Origin: Chiloscyllium plagiosum
Taxonomy: Eukaryota
NCBI RefSeq assembly: GCF_004010195.1
Contig: NC_057740.1
Location: 43,331,633 to 43,395,632, forward strand
Direction of reading: 5' to 3'
DNA: 64,000 nucleotides
In this document: positions 22,341-35,000 of the stretch, piece by piece
How positions within the stretch are numbered: the stretch's first letter is position 1
Layout: every line of letters starts with the position of its first letter
Notes under the pieces: generated by a model
What the model was told of the DNA's origin: nothing
The model's database searches: none
Seen by the model: the letters and a program-made list of their open reading frames with translations, nothing else
Program-made: the position numbers and the translations under genes

Positions 22341-23309
22341 CATTGACGGGGAGAGAGGGATAAACAATATCCCCCCCCCACCCCCCCACAGGGTAAGCAG
22401 GAGGGTTGGAGGAAATAGTTTTCACCCAGAAGGTGGTGGGAATCTGGAACTCCGCCTGGAATGGTGAAAGGCAGAAACCTCATCACCTTTAATAAATATT
22501 TAGATGTGCATTTGCGATGCCAAGATGGAGGCTGCTACAATTACAATGTTTAAGAGGCATTTGGATGAGTATATGAATAGGAAGGGTTTGGAGGGATATG
22601 GGCCAGGTGCTGGCAGGTGGGACTAGATTGGGTTGGAATATCTGGTCGGCATGGACGGGTTGGACCGAAGGGTCTGTTTCCATGCTGTACATCTCTATGA
22701 CTATGACTCTATAACTGTGACTCTATAACTGTTGGAAAAATGGGATGACAATAAGTGATTATTTGATGGCAAAGGAATGATGGGCCAAAAGGCCTTTTTC
22801 TGTGCTGTACAGTTTCTATGACTGTGAACCTAAGTGCCTAGATTCTTGATGCAGTGATCTGGTGCCCATCCTTGATAGATTCAGCCAATTGCCCTCATTA
22901 TACTTTCTCAGAGGATCTCCAGAAGACAGAGAGGGACCTAAATGGCAAACTGTTTGTGGAGCTGGAAGACACCACTTATGTTTTAAATGAGTACTTTGCA
23001 TCTCTACTCACAGGAGAGAAGGCAGAAAAATCAGGGAGAGGAACTATGATAAACTTGACCAAATTAGCATTGGGAGGGATGCGATATTCACAATTTCATC
23101 GAGTTTGAAAGTAGATGAACCTCAGGTCCAGAAAAAAATAGAATCATAGAAATCCTGTCATGCAGAAGCAGGCAATTTAGTCTATTGAGTCTGCACTGAC
23201 TCTCCCAAGAGCATTCACCCAGACCAATTCCACTTTATACCGCAATAACCCTGCATTTACTATGGCTAACCCACCTAACATCCCTGAACACTATGGATAA
23301 TTTAGCATG

Positions 23310-25267
23310 AGTTGAGAGTGTGTTGCTGGAAAAGCACGCCAGGCCAGGCAGCATCCAAGGAGCAGGAAAATCGATGTTTCAGGCCAGAGCCCGTCACCAG
23401 GAATGAGGCTGGTAAACTGGTGAAGTCCACATTGATGCCCTGGGGTTGGAGGGTCCCAAGGAAGAAGAAGGGTCCAGGCGTCGGGTGGTGATGGAGGAGG
23501 CCCAGGACTGGCATGTCCTTGGCAGAGTGGGAGGGGGAGTTGAAATGTTCAGCCACGGGGTGGTTAGGTTGGTTGGTGCAGGTGTCCCAGAGATGTTCTC
23601 TAAAGCGCTGTGCGAGAAGGCGTCCAGTCTCCCCAATGTAGAGGAGACTGCATCGGGACCAATGCATACAATAAATGACGTGTGGAAGTGCAGGTGAAAC
23701 TTTGATGGATGTGGAAGGCTCCTTTGGGGCCTTGGATGGAAGTAAGGATGCAGGTGTGGGCGCAGGTTTTGCAATTCCTGCAGTGGCAGGGGAAGGTGCC
23801 AGGATTGGAGGGTTGGTTGTTGGGGGGACGTGGATCTGGCCAAGTAGTCGCGGAGTGAACAGTCTTTGCGGAAAGGGGTGGGGAGGGAAATATATCTCTG
23901 GTGGTGGGGTCCATGTGTAGGTGGAGGATGATGCGATTTATGCGGAGATTGGTGGGGTGGAAGGTGAGGACCAGGGGCGTTCTGTCCTTGTTGCAGTTGG
24001 AGGGGTGGGTTTTGAGGGCGGAGATGCGGGATGTGGATGAGATGTGTTGGAAAGGATCTTTAACCACTTGAGAGGAGAAATTTCAGTCTTTAGAGAAGGA
24101 GGCCATCTGGTATGTTCTGTGGTGGAACTGGGCCTCCTGGGAGCAGATACGGCAGAGGTGGAGGAATTGGGATTATGGTATAGCATTTTTGCAAGAGGTA
24201 GGGTGGGAAGAGGTGTAATCCAGGTAGCTGTTGGAGTCGGTGGGTTTGTAAAAAATGTCAGTGTTGAGTCGGTCCTTGTGGATGGAGATGGAGAGGTCCA
24301 GGAAGGGGCGGGAGCTGTCAGAGATGGTCCAGGTGAATTTAAGCTCTGGGTGGAATGTGTTGGTGAAGTTGATGAACTGCTCAACCTCCTTGGAGCACGA
24401 GGTGGCGCCGATGCAGGGAGGAAGCAGTCGGAAAAGGTGACAGTGTAACTCTGGATGATGGACTGTTCTATGTAGCCGACAAAGAGACAGGCATAGCGGG
24501 GGCTCATGTGGGTCCCATGGCTACCCCTTTCGTCTGGAGGAAGTGGGAGGATTCGAAGGAGAAATTGTTAAGAATGAGGACCAGTTCCACTTGAGAGGAG
24601 AAATTTCAGTCTTTAGAGAAGGAGGCCATCTGGTATGTTCTGTGGTGGAACTGGGCCTCCTGGGAGCAGATACGGCAGAGGTGGAGGAATTGGGATTATG
24701 GTATAGCATTTTTGCAAGAGGTAGGGTGGGAAGTGGTGTAATCCAGGTAGTTGTGGGAGTCGGTGGGTTTGTAAAAAATGTCAGTGTTGAGTCGGTCCTT
24801 GTGGATGGAGATGGAGAGGTCCAGGAAGGGGGGGAGCTGTCAGAGATGGTCCAGGTAAATTTAAGCTCTGGGTGGAATGTGTTGGTGAAGTTGATGAACT
24901 GCTCAACCTCCTTGGAGCACGAGGTGGCGCCGATGCAGGGAGGAAGCAGTGGGAAAAGGTGACAGTGTAACTCTGGATGATGGACTGTTCTATGTAGCTG
25001 ACAAAGAGACAGGCATAGCAGGGGCTCATGTGGGTCCCATGGCTACCCCTTTCGTCTGGAGGATTCGAAGGAGAAATTGTTAAGAATGAGGACCAGTTCA
25101 GCCAAATGAATGAGTGTGTCAGTGGAAGAGTGCTGGTGGGTACGTCGGGAGAGGAAGAAACAGAGGGCTTGGGGGCCCTGGTCATGGCGGATGGAGGTGT
25201 GGAGGGACTGGTTGTCCATGGTGAAGATGAGGTGTTGGGGGCCGGGGAAACGGAAGTCTTGGAGGAG
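23310..25267 (-). mobile_element. Penelope-like retroelement family A, 5'-truncated (RT + GIY-YIG remnants), in the TPGS1 intron
   Basis: Frameshifted RT pieces (MSPRYACLFVGYIEQSI, PLVLTFHPTN), CxxC (CHCRNCKTC) and GIY-YIG (CSLLYIGETGRLLAQRFREH...PVAEHFNSPSH). The 3' terminus equals the family-A arm. TSD TAATTTAGCATG at 23298-23309 and 25268-25279, inside an HE1-like SINE. Confidence 0.88.
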
Positions 25268-25469
25268 TAATTTAGCATGGCCAATCCACCTAACCAGCAC
25301 ATCTTTAGACTGTGGGAGGAAACCAGAGCACCTGGAGGAAATCCACACAGACACGGGTAGAACATGCAAACTTCACACAGGTGCCCGAAGGTGGAATTGA
25401 ATCCGGGTCCTTGGTGCTGTGAGGCAGCGGTGCTAATCACTGAACCACTGTGTTGTCCCTGTATCCCAT

Positions 25470-26630
25470 ACTTTTGTTGGAGGCAAGGGAGGAGATTTCA
25501 GAGGTTTTGATATTAATATTACCATTTTATCTGGTCAGTGGAGAAGTGACAGAGGACAGCTAATAAGACAGTATTATTCAAGAAGAGTAGTAGGGGTAAA
25601 CCAGGAAACTGCATGCCAATGAGTCTATCAGTAGTAGGGAAGCTATTGGAAAAGATTCTGGGGGATAGAATTAATCTCCACTTTGAGAGGCACTAATTAA
25701 TCAAGGATGGTCAATATGGTTTTCTCTTGGGAAATTCATGTCTGACAGGTTTGAATCTTTGAGAAGGTGATTAGCTAAATGAGAGTAGTGCATTGGATGT
25801 CTCTTGACATGGTTTCATGTGAGAGATTTATCAAGAAGGTAAGAGCCCATGTGATTTAGAGCAATTTAACAAACTGGATCCAAAATTGGCTTTGTAGCAG
25901 ATGGAGATGGTCAAAGGTTGTTTTTGTGACTGGTGCTGGGTCCCTTGCTATTTATAGTGTACATTGATGGTCTAGGCATGAATATAGGAGATTTCATCAG
26001 TAAGTTTGCAGATGTCACAAAATTTGGTGGTGTGGCAAATAGGAAGGAGGAAAACCCAAGATTACAGGATAATATAGATAGGCTACTGAACAATTCCAAA
26101 TGAAATTAATCCTGAAAATTATGAGGTGACACATTTTGGGAGGACTAACGAGGCAGGGGAGTATGTACTGATTTGTAGAACCTAGGAAGTAAAGAGGATC
26201 AGAGGGCCCTTGGTGTGCTTGCACGCAGACTATTGAGGGCAACAGCACAGATGGATAAGGTGGCTAAGAAGGCATATGCATACTTCTTTTTAAGAGTCAA
26301 CCCATAAATACAAGAGCTTGAAGGCTTGGTAAAGAGATCAGGAGGCACAGATTTAAATTAAAGTACTAGAGCTTTAGAGGGGATTTAAGGGAGAATTTTT
26401 GAATGAGCTGATGGTGAGTATCTGGAACACCTTGCCTGACAGTGCAGCAGAGGCAGGAACTGTCGTAACATTTAAGATATATTTAGATAATTACTTGAAC
26501 TACCTTAGCATACAAAGCTGTGGGCTAAGTGCTGGAAAATGGGATTAGAGTAGACAGGTGATTGACGACCAGCATGGACATGATTTGGCCAATGGGCCTC
26601 TTTTCACATTGTAAAACTCGATGACAGTAT
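25470..26630 (+). mobile_element. Old CR1 LINE remnant in the TPGS1 intron (a further piece lies at ~22900-23135)
   Basis: Degenerate ISKFADVTKFGG and HFGRTN motifs, plus a CR1 tail. Confidence 0.7.
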
Positions 26631-26656
26631 AAACCTCCTTTGCTCTCTATCTGTAG

Positions 26657-27235
26657 GAGCTGGTCTCGAGAGCCTTGAGGCAGCTGCTGCTTTGTCACTA
26701 CAGCCGACCAGCCTTCAGCAGGAACCTAGCTTCAGCCTTCCAGATCCTGAGCTCCCCCATTGGCAAGAAGAAGAAACCTGGCCTGAAGGGTAGAACCTAC
26801 ACTGAGCTCCTGAGACAGATCTGTGCAGGGGCCCAGCTCTCAGCCTGCTCCCTGATCCACAAACTGCAGTGTTGGGATCACGAAGCTGTTCCTTTTGGCG
26901 TCTTCAGACATGGGGTATTGACCTGCCTCATCTTCATGGAGTTTGTGAAGATTTCTGGCAGATTGTTTGATGTGGTGGCTGACTCTGACGAAGCTGATCA
27001 GACTGTGTGTCACGTTCTGCTTGAAGCTTTGAAAGATGCAGTTAGCATCGGAGACTCTTCCAATTCTGCCGGTTACCTGGATGCTGGCTCCAAGTTAGCT
27101 CCAGACCAGCTCGGGCTGGCCATGGAAAGAGCGGTGAGGCTACGGAAAAAAGAATCGGTCACATCGATAAGCAAGGAAGAGTTTGTCCTGCTCACTGCTC
27201 CTCTCTTCATTGAGAAAGTAAAACCCATCAGTTGA
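26657..27235 (+). CDS. TPGS1: TPGS1 exon 2 (to stop)
   Basis: ctctatctgtag|GAG CTG...: ELVSRALRQLLLCHYSRPAFSRN...KKPGLKGRTYTELLRQIC...QCWDHEAVPFGVFRHGVLTC...YLDAGSKLAPDQLGLAMERA...EEFVLLTAPLFIEKVKPIS*. Collinear with TPGS1; total 261 aa. Confidence 0.93.
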   Translation, partial: ELVSRALRQLLLCHYSRPAFSRNLASAFQILSSPIGKKKKPGLKGRTYTELLRQICAGAQLSACSLIHKLQCWDHEAVPFGVFRHGVLTCLIFMEFVKISGRLFDVVADSDEADQTVCHVLLEALKDAVSIGDSSNSAGYLDAGSKLAPDQLGLAMERAVRLRKKESVTSISKEEFVLLTAPLFIEKVKPIS

Positions 27236-28169
27236 CTATCTATGTACAAAAACAGACAGTAGATGCACTGAGCACAGATGTAACCTGACTTGGTCCGTGA
27301 AGTTCCTGCTCATTTGGTGACTTGTTGTACTGTTACCTACTTAAACAAGCGATACATTGTCCAGTGATGCTGACTGCACGAAGGCAAGCTTCCTCAAACC
27401 CCAACCTAGCCAAGCTTCCTCAAACCCCAACCTAGCCAATGTGCCCATTGACACATTGATCTCTTTACATTGTGCTTCTTATACAGGAAGAATATTTTGG
27501 ATTGCTGCTTGGTCTGTCTCCTCTCCCAGCTCCCACCAGCCAGGGAAAGACTGAGTCTTAATGTCAGTGCAGCGGTGTCTCCTTGTCCCAGACTTTATAA
27601 TATTTGTGTCTTGACAATTTGAGGCATAAACAGACAACACATCCAACTGTGGGGATTGTCTTCACCAACTCCCTCAGCTCAAGGCTTCAACAGGGAGTGG
27701 GAACATTGACTGGTTTTGATATTCTCCTTCTGATCATAGCAGGGCAGTTCTTACTTGTTCAGTTAGTGTTGAGATTGTAAACTGAGTCTGTACCACATGG
27801 AAAGGGAGCTCCTACTCCTTGGTATTCTTTGTGTATTTACAAGTTATTGACCATTGTTGACATCTAGTTCATTTAAGGTTTGTAATAATATTGGCATTCA
27901 TATTCTAATTGGATATGGCACCAAACAGTCAAATTAAATATAACCGAATCCAGTCACCATTCTTGTAATCATTCAGCTTAATTTCCTCTGCCCAGTCATT
28001 GGATATCCATTCAGAGCCATAATGTGGCTGCACATTTCTTTGTGTATCCATAGTATTAGTATTGGTGTTGAAATGTGGTGACATTGGATGATTTCAGTCT
28101 GTGCCACTGTATTGTGTGTAAACCATGCTACAGATGATGACAGTTGGCCTGTTTCACCATAGAATATTG

Positions 28170-28500
28170 ATAATGAACGTTCTCCTGTGGAACAGCCTGC
28201 CCCTCGGACGCTGTGCTTTTCCAGCACCACTCTACTCCAGAACAGCTTGTCTTGTCAATCTTCTACCAGAAGAATGATCTATGTTTAAAATAGTCGAGAG
28301 TGGGGTGCTGGAAAAGCACAGCTGGTCAGGCAGCATCCGAGGAGCAGGGGATTCAACGTTTCAGGCATAAGCCCTTCATCAGGAATCTGCCCAAAATGTC
28401 CATTCTCCTGCTCCTCTGATGCTGCCTGACCACTTTTGCTTTTCCAGCATCACATTCTCGACTTTGATCTCCAGCATCTGCAGTCCTCACTTTCTCCTAC
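28170..28500. mobile_element. Older palindromic PLE family A-related element(s)
   Basis: gctggaaaagcacagctggtcaggcagcatcc...gcccttcatcaggaatc...gatgctgcctgacc...cactttctcc inverted arms, plus an adjacent partial arm. Confidence 0.7.
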
Positions 28501-29291
28501 ATTTAAACTAGGAAAAGATGTGGCCATTCAGCCCCTCAGGTTGTTTGGGCATTCTGAGGTCAGGGTTGATCTGTAACCAAACTTCATATTATCACCATCG
28601 CCGAAATCCCTTTAACATTTTGGACTATTAAAGATCTATTAATCTCAGATTTAAGATTGACAATAGGTCAAGCTTTATTTGCTGTTTCCAGCAGACAGTT
28701 AGAAAATTCTATTAGCCTTTGTGTGTTTCCTAATTTTACTCCTGGACAGTCTATCTTGAATATTTAAACTTTGTCCATTGTCATGCTCTCCCCAACCACT
28801 GGAAACTTTTTCTCTCTCTATCAACCTTATCTTGATTTCTATTAAAATCAAAATCTTTAAAATTAATCTTCCTGATCCAGGAAATACAATTCCTAGTGGA
28901 ACCTCTTGTAATTTAACTCTGGGAGACAGGAATCTCCGATAAGCCTATGTTGCATTCCCTCCAATTGATTTAAAGAATTCAGAGCGTATTTTTAATCCAC
29001 GACACAATGGCATAATGCAGACATTTATTTAGGATGTACACTGGCAATAGTCCTGACATCACAACACAGATATGCTGTTAGTTTGGTGACTATTCTGCTG
29101 TCCTGGAGAGGGAACTCAGAAATGAGGGTCCATTTTTTATTTCAAACATTATATATATGTATAAAAAGATCAGTTATATGAGGCTCCAGCGACCTGCCTT
29201 GCTGAAGATTTGCATTTAAGGTTTGTTGACTCTTTCTGATCATGTTGGTGGATTTGCAGACCTTGTGGTCAACTTTGACCCTGAATTTGAT

Positions 29292-29783
29292 TTATTTCTG
29301 TCTATCCAGCATCTCATCAAACCAGTGTTGTATACGTTTCTTTCCTGATCGCCTTGTGGATCTCCTGCGTCGTCCCTCACGCAGCTGTTGCACCCTGGAG
29401 AGTTGTGATCCTCTGGAATCTAATCTACTGTTGTCCAGCATTGCTACTGATGCCCGAGGGATTTCATTTTTTACAATTCCCTTCCTGAATGCTTGCTGAA
29501 CGTTTTCAATGTTTTGTGTATTCTCTCGTATGGATTCCCCTCCCCAAGAGGCTCTGCGACTTGGCGGATGCATTGGAAGAACTGTTGATTCCATGGCCTG
29601 CTCAGGGAGTGTTTGGGCATATGAATGTAAATCATATTTGTAAAGACTGTCTGTATCATCCAGTTCCAGGCCCAGTGAAGCCAGGATGCTATCTCCAGCC
29701 CATTCCCACCAAGCCATGAATAAATTAGCAACAAATATTTTCCAGCCAGGGAACAATATTGATATTAATTCCCAAAAAGCCAT
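29292..29783 (-). CDS. Orphan 163-aa ORF of unknown function (candidate only)
   Basis: Non-repetitive and open for 492 nt. aggATGG Kozak context, acceptor-like tcttcag| about 50 nt upstream, and AATAAA on the - strand at 29141-29136. No recognisable homolog. Confidence 0.3.
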   Translation of the reverse strand: MAFWELISILFPGWKIFVANLFMAWWEWAGDSILASLGLELDDTDSLYKYDLHSYAQTLPEQAMESTVLPMHPPSRRASWGGESIRENTQNIENVQQAFRKGIVKNEIPRASVAMLDNSRLDSRGSQLSRVQQLREGRRRRSTRRSGKKRIQHWFDEMLDRQK

Positions 29784-30159
29784 CCTATGCTTTCTTCATC
29801 CATCTAGCGACATGCTGTGCTCCATCATAAGTTCACTGAAGACTTAACATGAATGAGGTGAGATTAGCTAAGTGTGAATGACCATCACTTGCTGCAGTCA
29901 TAATGTTAGTGTGATGTCGTGCTACGTTAAATCATTGCGGGGAGGACATTACGAAGCTAACACTAACATTAAAAAACTGGAGGTTGATTTGAAAATGTAG
30001 GGAACAGAAAGTTTCAGAAACTCAGAAAATGAGAGCAGTAGCACGAGGGCACTTGTACCCAAATTCCCAACGGGGTTGGAATCCCTTCCAGTCACTAAGG
30101 TGGAGTACACAATAGGCAGGGTAAATGGAGGCAAGCAGACAATTTTACACCAGCCTTTG

Positions 30160-30420
30160 AATAGGTTCCAGTCTGTAACTGACTCCCAGGTGTTTGTTAT
30201 TCTATATATAAACACCCTGAACCCTTCAATTAGATTGCAGTCTGTAACATACAGTTGGGTATCTGTTATTCTACGTATAAACTCCTTGAACCTCTTGTTC
30301 AGATTCCAGTCTGTAATTCACTCCCAGGTATTTGTTATTCCACATATAAACACCTCACTCCATGGCTTAAACACCTCTCTGGAGCATAATATTAGATTAC
30401 CATCTGTAAGTTGCTCCAGT
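30160..30420. repeat. ~65-bp diverged tandem repeat
   Basis: Recurrent AGATTCCAGTCTGTAA...TGTTATTC...TATAAAC units. Confidence 0.7.
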
Positions 30421-32000
30421 TAGACATGGTAATGATCTTAGCTGATGGTACTACTAGACATATCAGATCCCACAGTGAAACCTGGCCTGATAACTGATCA
30501 TTTGTTTTTATTGACGTGGTGGTTGATAAGGCTGACGTTTCTTTAACAGACAGACGAGAAGTCTATTATTACAGAAAAGATGAAAACAAAAAATAATCTA
30601 TTATCTAAATATTGGACACCACTTAAAATGTAAAACACAAAGCAAAACAAAGTCTCATCTACTCCCCAATACCATCACTTTACAGTGATTCAAATCCAGA
30701 GACATTAACTGTCGAGAATTGTCTTTCACTTTGTTGTGGCTGATTCTCCCCAATTGTTACCTGTGAAGTCTGATAAGAGAAACTGGATCAGTTTGGATTA
30801 TATTCAGTGGAGTTTAGGAGAGTGATGGGGATCTCATTGAAATCTATAAAATCTAACTGGACTGGACAGAGTCAACACAGGAAATATGTTCCCAATGACG
30901 GGGCAGTCCAGAACCAGGAGTCATGATCTAATGATACAGGGCAGGCCAGTTCAAACTGAGGTGAGGAGAAATTTCTTCACCTGAAGAATTATGAACCTGT
31001 GAAATTCTCAACCATACAAAAGTCATTGGGACCAAATACTATTTTTTTAAGAAGGAGATATGTTTAGTTCTAAGGGCTAAAGGGATCAAGGATATGGGAG
31101 AAAGTGGGAACAGGGGACTGAGGTGGATGATTGGCGGGCTCAGAGAGCTGAATAGCCTACTCCTGTTCCTAGTTTCTGCATTTCTTTAAACATTAATACT
31201 CCTAAAACTTACATGTTAGACTTTTTCAATTTTTAAATAGCTTACAGATTTTTAGCCAAACACTCCTGGTCTGGAATTTAAATTTTCTGATTTATTTTAC
31301 TGCTTTCTCTGAACTGTTTTACACTTTTCTTTAAAAGTGACCCCATCAGGTCTCCTCCAAATTGCCAAAATCTTTTAATCTCTTGGTTAACATAAGACAG
31401 GAGTAGCGTCATGTCTGATCTGCTCTAGGCCTCAACTCCTCTTTCATGCCAGTTCCTCAGCCTTCAAATCCTGTTTCAAAAATCTACCACCACCTTAAAC
31501 CTCAGTGATCTTGCCTCCACTACTCTGTGGTACATCCACTAAATCCAGGCAAATCGATTCCTTTGTATCTCAATTTTAAATAAGTGTCCCCTTACTTTGG
31601 AACTATGTCCTCTAGTTTGAGATTCCTTCACTAGTGGGAATCTCTTCTCAATACCTACCCTATCAGGCCTCCTCAAAACCTTATGTTTCAATAAGATCAC
31701 CCCTCATTCTTCTAAACTCCGATGAATAATGGCTTCACCTTTTTAATTGTTCTTGTTAAGGCAACTCCTTCATCATAAGGATCAAGTCTGTACACTGTGT
31801 TCCAGATACAGCCTCACCAACACCTTGTACAGTTGTAAACAAGTCTTCCTGGAAGTCTAGCCCCCAGCAATAAAGGCCAAACATCCATTTGCCTTAACTG
31901 CTTTAGAAAGATAAACTCAACCCTAGGATTATTCTGAATCAAAAATGAGCTAATCACCCTCAATGTTTAGACTCACTCATAACCAACACAGTCAGACATC

Positions 32001-35000
32001 ACTTGACACCAGGTTATAGTCGAACAGGTTTATTTGAAATCACAAGCTTTCAGAGTGTTGTCCCTTCATCAGGTGAAGTGAGAGAGAAGCACACACACAC
32101 AATGTATGGGCAGAGAGATCAAAAGATCATACAAATGGTGTGAATGGAGTGTCGAATAATAAGTCTCTGCAGGTGATCAAAAGTGTCAGATGGTGTGAGT
32201 AAAGTGTCAACAGCTGAATAACAAGCAAAGGGATGACCTATGAACTGTTTAAATGAGGCAGAGAGATGATTACAAAAAATTAAAAATAAGGTGGTGCTGG
32301 AGACAAACCAAATGACTGGAATAACATGATAGTTATAAGAGTCACTTGCTGAGGGTCTAACCAAAGTAGTAATTATTCCAAAGCTGTACAAACTAATATG
32401 GTAGAGAGATCTTAACAAGTTATCAAGACGATTGTGTCAAAACAGGACAGCAAGGATGATTTTACAGAACAGTGTGGTAGGGTAACATGTTTGATTAGAT
32501 TCCCTACAGTGTGGAAACAGGCCCTTTGGCCCAACAAGTATAGACCGACCCTCAGAACAGTAACCCACCCAGACCCATTTCACTCTGAATGATGCACCCA
32601 ACACTACAGGTAATTTAACATGCCCAATTCACCCTAACCTGCACATCTTTGGATTGTGGGAGGAAACCCATGCAGACACAGGGAGAATGTATAAACTCCA
32701 CCCAGACAGTCATCCGAGGCTGGAATTGAACCTGGATCCCTGGCGTTGGGAGGCAGCAGTGCTAAACCACTGAGCCACCGTGCCGCCCCACATGTACCCA
32801 AGGTCATGATTAAGGCTGTCTTCATGGGTATGGAACTTGACTATCAGTTTCTGCTGGGCAATTCTGCATTGTTGAGTATCTCAAAGGCCGCCTGGGAGGT
32901 TGCTTACCCAAAGATCGGAGGCTGAATGTCCTTGACTGCTGAAGTGTTGCCTGACTAGGAGGGAACACTCCTGTCTGGCGACTGTGCTTTCATCTGTTAT
33001 CATAGCATCTGCATGGTCTCGCCAGTATTCCATGCTTCAGGGCATCCTTGCCTACAGCATATGAGGTAGACAATATTGGCTGAGTCTCATGAGTATGTAC
33101 CATCAACGCAGTGGGTGGTGTTCCCATGTGTGATAGTAGTATCTGTGTCGATGATTTGACATGTCTTGCAGAAGTTGCTAAGGCAGGGGTTGTATGGTGT
33201 GGTTGATGCTGTCCTGAAGGCTGGGGAGTTTGCTGCGAATGATGGTCTGTTTGGCGGTTGTTTGAAGGTGAGAGGTGGAGGTGTACGGATGATCTTGGTG
33301 AGATGCTCATCATCATCAACATGTTAAAGGCTACAAAGAAAATGGCATTGTCCCTCCGCTCCAGGGATGTACTGGATGACAAAGGGTACTCTATTGGTCG
33401 TATCCTGTCTCTTGTCGTCTGAGGAGGTTGTTGCAGTTTCTCGCTGTGGCACGTCGCAACTCACAATCAATGAGTTGAGTGCCGTATCCCGTTCTTATGA
33501 GGTCGCCCTTTGAAATCTTTAGGTGTCCGTCCCATTTCCCCTCACCTGAGCAGATCCTGAGTACACACAGGGCCTGTCCGTAGGGAGTGCTTCTTTAATA
33601 TGTTTTGGGTGGAAGCTAGAGAAGTGCATGATGTGAGGTTATCCGTGGCCTTGTGGTAGAGTGAGGCACTGAGGTGACCATCCTTGATGGAGATAAGTGT
33701 GTCCAAGAATGAGACTGATTCTGAAGAGTAGTTCATGGTAAGTCTGATGGTAGGATGCAACTTGTTGATATTGCTATGTAGTCATTTCAGTGATTCCCTG
33801 CCATGAGTCCAGAGGAAGAAAATGTTGTTGATGTATCTGGTGTACAGCATTGGTCGGAGGTCCTGTGCAGTAAAGAGGTTTTGCGCAAACTTGTGCACAA
33901 AATGTTGGTCCCCGTGACTGCTCCATTTGTAGCTGTTGAAGGTGAAGATGTTGTGATCGAGAATGAAGTGGATGAGTAGTAGGATGGTGCCTGGAGATTG
34001 GCAGTTGTTGGTATTGACTACTGAGGCTGATGCAGTGATTCCATCATCGTGTGGGGTGCTCGTGTAGAGTGCCGAAACGTCCATTGTGACAAAGAATGTT
34101 CCTGGTTGACTGGTCCTTGGTGCTGAGTTTCTTAAGAAATCTGTAGTGTCGCAAGAGAAGCTGGGGGTTCCTTGTACAATGGGTTTCAAGATGCCCTCGA
34201 CATAGCCAGAGAGGTTCTCACACAGGGTCCATTGCCAAATACGAGGGAACATCCAGGTGTGTTGGCTTTGTGTATCTTCAGAAGGCAGTAGAATTCTCCT
34301 GTGTGAGAAGTACATGGGATGAGAGTACGTAGGATACTCTGAAAGTCTCGATCAAAGTACTTGTTGAGTTGACGCCTGTGTTCTTTGGTCGGATCGGCAG
34401 GTTGTTGTCTGTAGTGTTTCTGGTTTTTCAGTTGTTGGAATGCATCTTTGCAGTAGTCTGTTCTATTCAGTATGACAATGGCTTCTGCGTTGCTGGTTTG
34501 ATGACAATGTTGCAATTGGTCTTGAGCATGGATGGCGTTGCGTTGTGCTTGGGTGACATTCTGCACAGCCTTCTGAGTGCAGCTGATGATTTGGATGTTA
34601 ATGCATCTCTTGATGGCTCCAGCATACATGTTGACCCTAGAACAGCATCTTCCAGAGGCATCTAATAGGACTCTTTGGTCGTTGCACCAAGGATCTCTGT
34701 CAACTGTTCCGGTTGTCTCATTGGGCTCGCTGCCAAGATCTTGGGGTTCATGGAAGGATTCCCAGAGTCTTATTTGCCTGAAGAATTCCTCTGTGTCTAC
34801 TGCGAGACCAATGGGTTCCATTTTGGTAGTAGGGCAGAAACTGAGCCCTCGGCTGAGAACCCTGGGTGAAGGGTGCGGTTAGACAAGTTGACAATGGTGA
34901 CCCCTCCACACTTCTGTATCTGAAAAATCTCCCTTGCTGTCCTGTTTTGACGTCATCTTGACAACGTGTTATGATCTCTCTACATTCATTTGTTTGTACA

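Noticed and set aside
21842-22367. Overlapping 136-163 aa ORFs on both strands and an N-terminal extension of TPGS1 from 21864
   Set aside because: Stop-poor CpG-island sequence. The extension starts at a non-ATG codon, and homology begins after ATG 21999.
27385-27437. ~25-bp direct duplication in the TPGS1 3' UTR (CAAGCTTCCTCAAACCCCAACCTAGC)
   Set aside because: A simple local duplication with no evidence of function.
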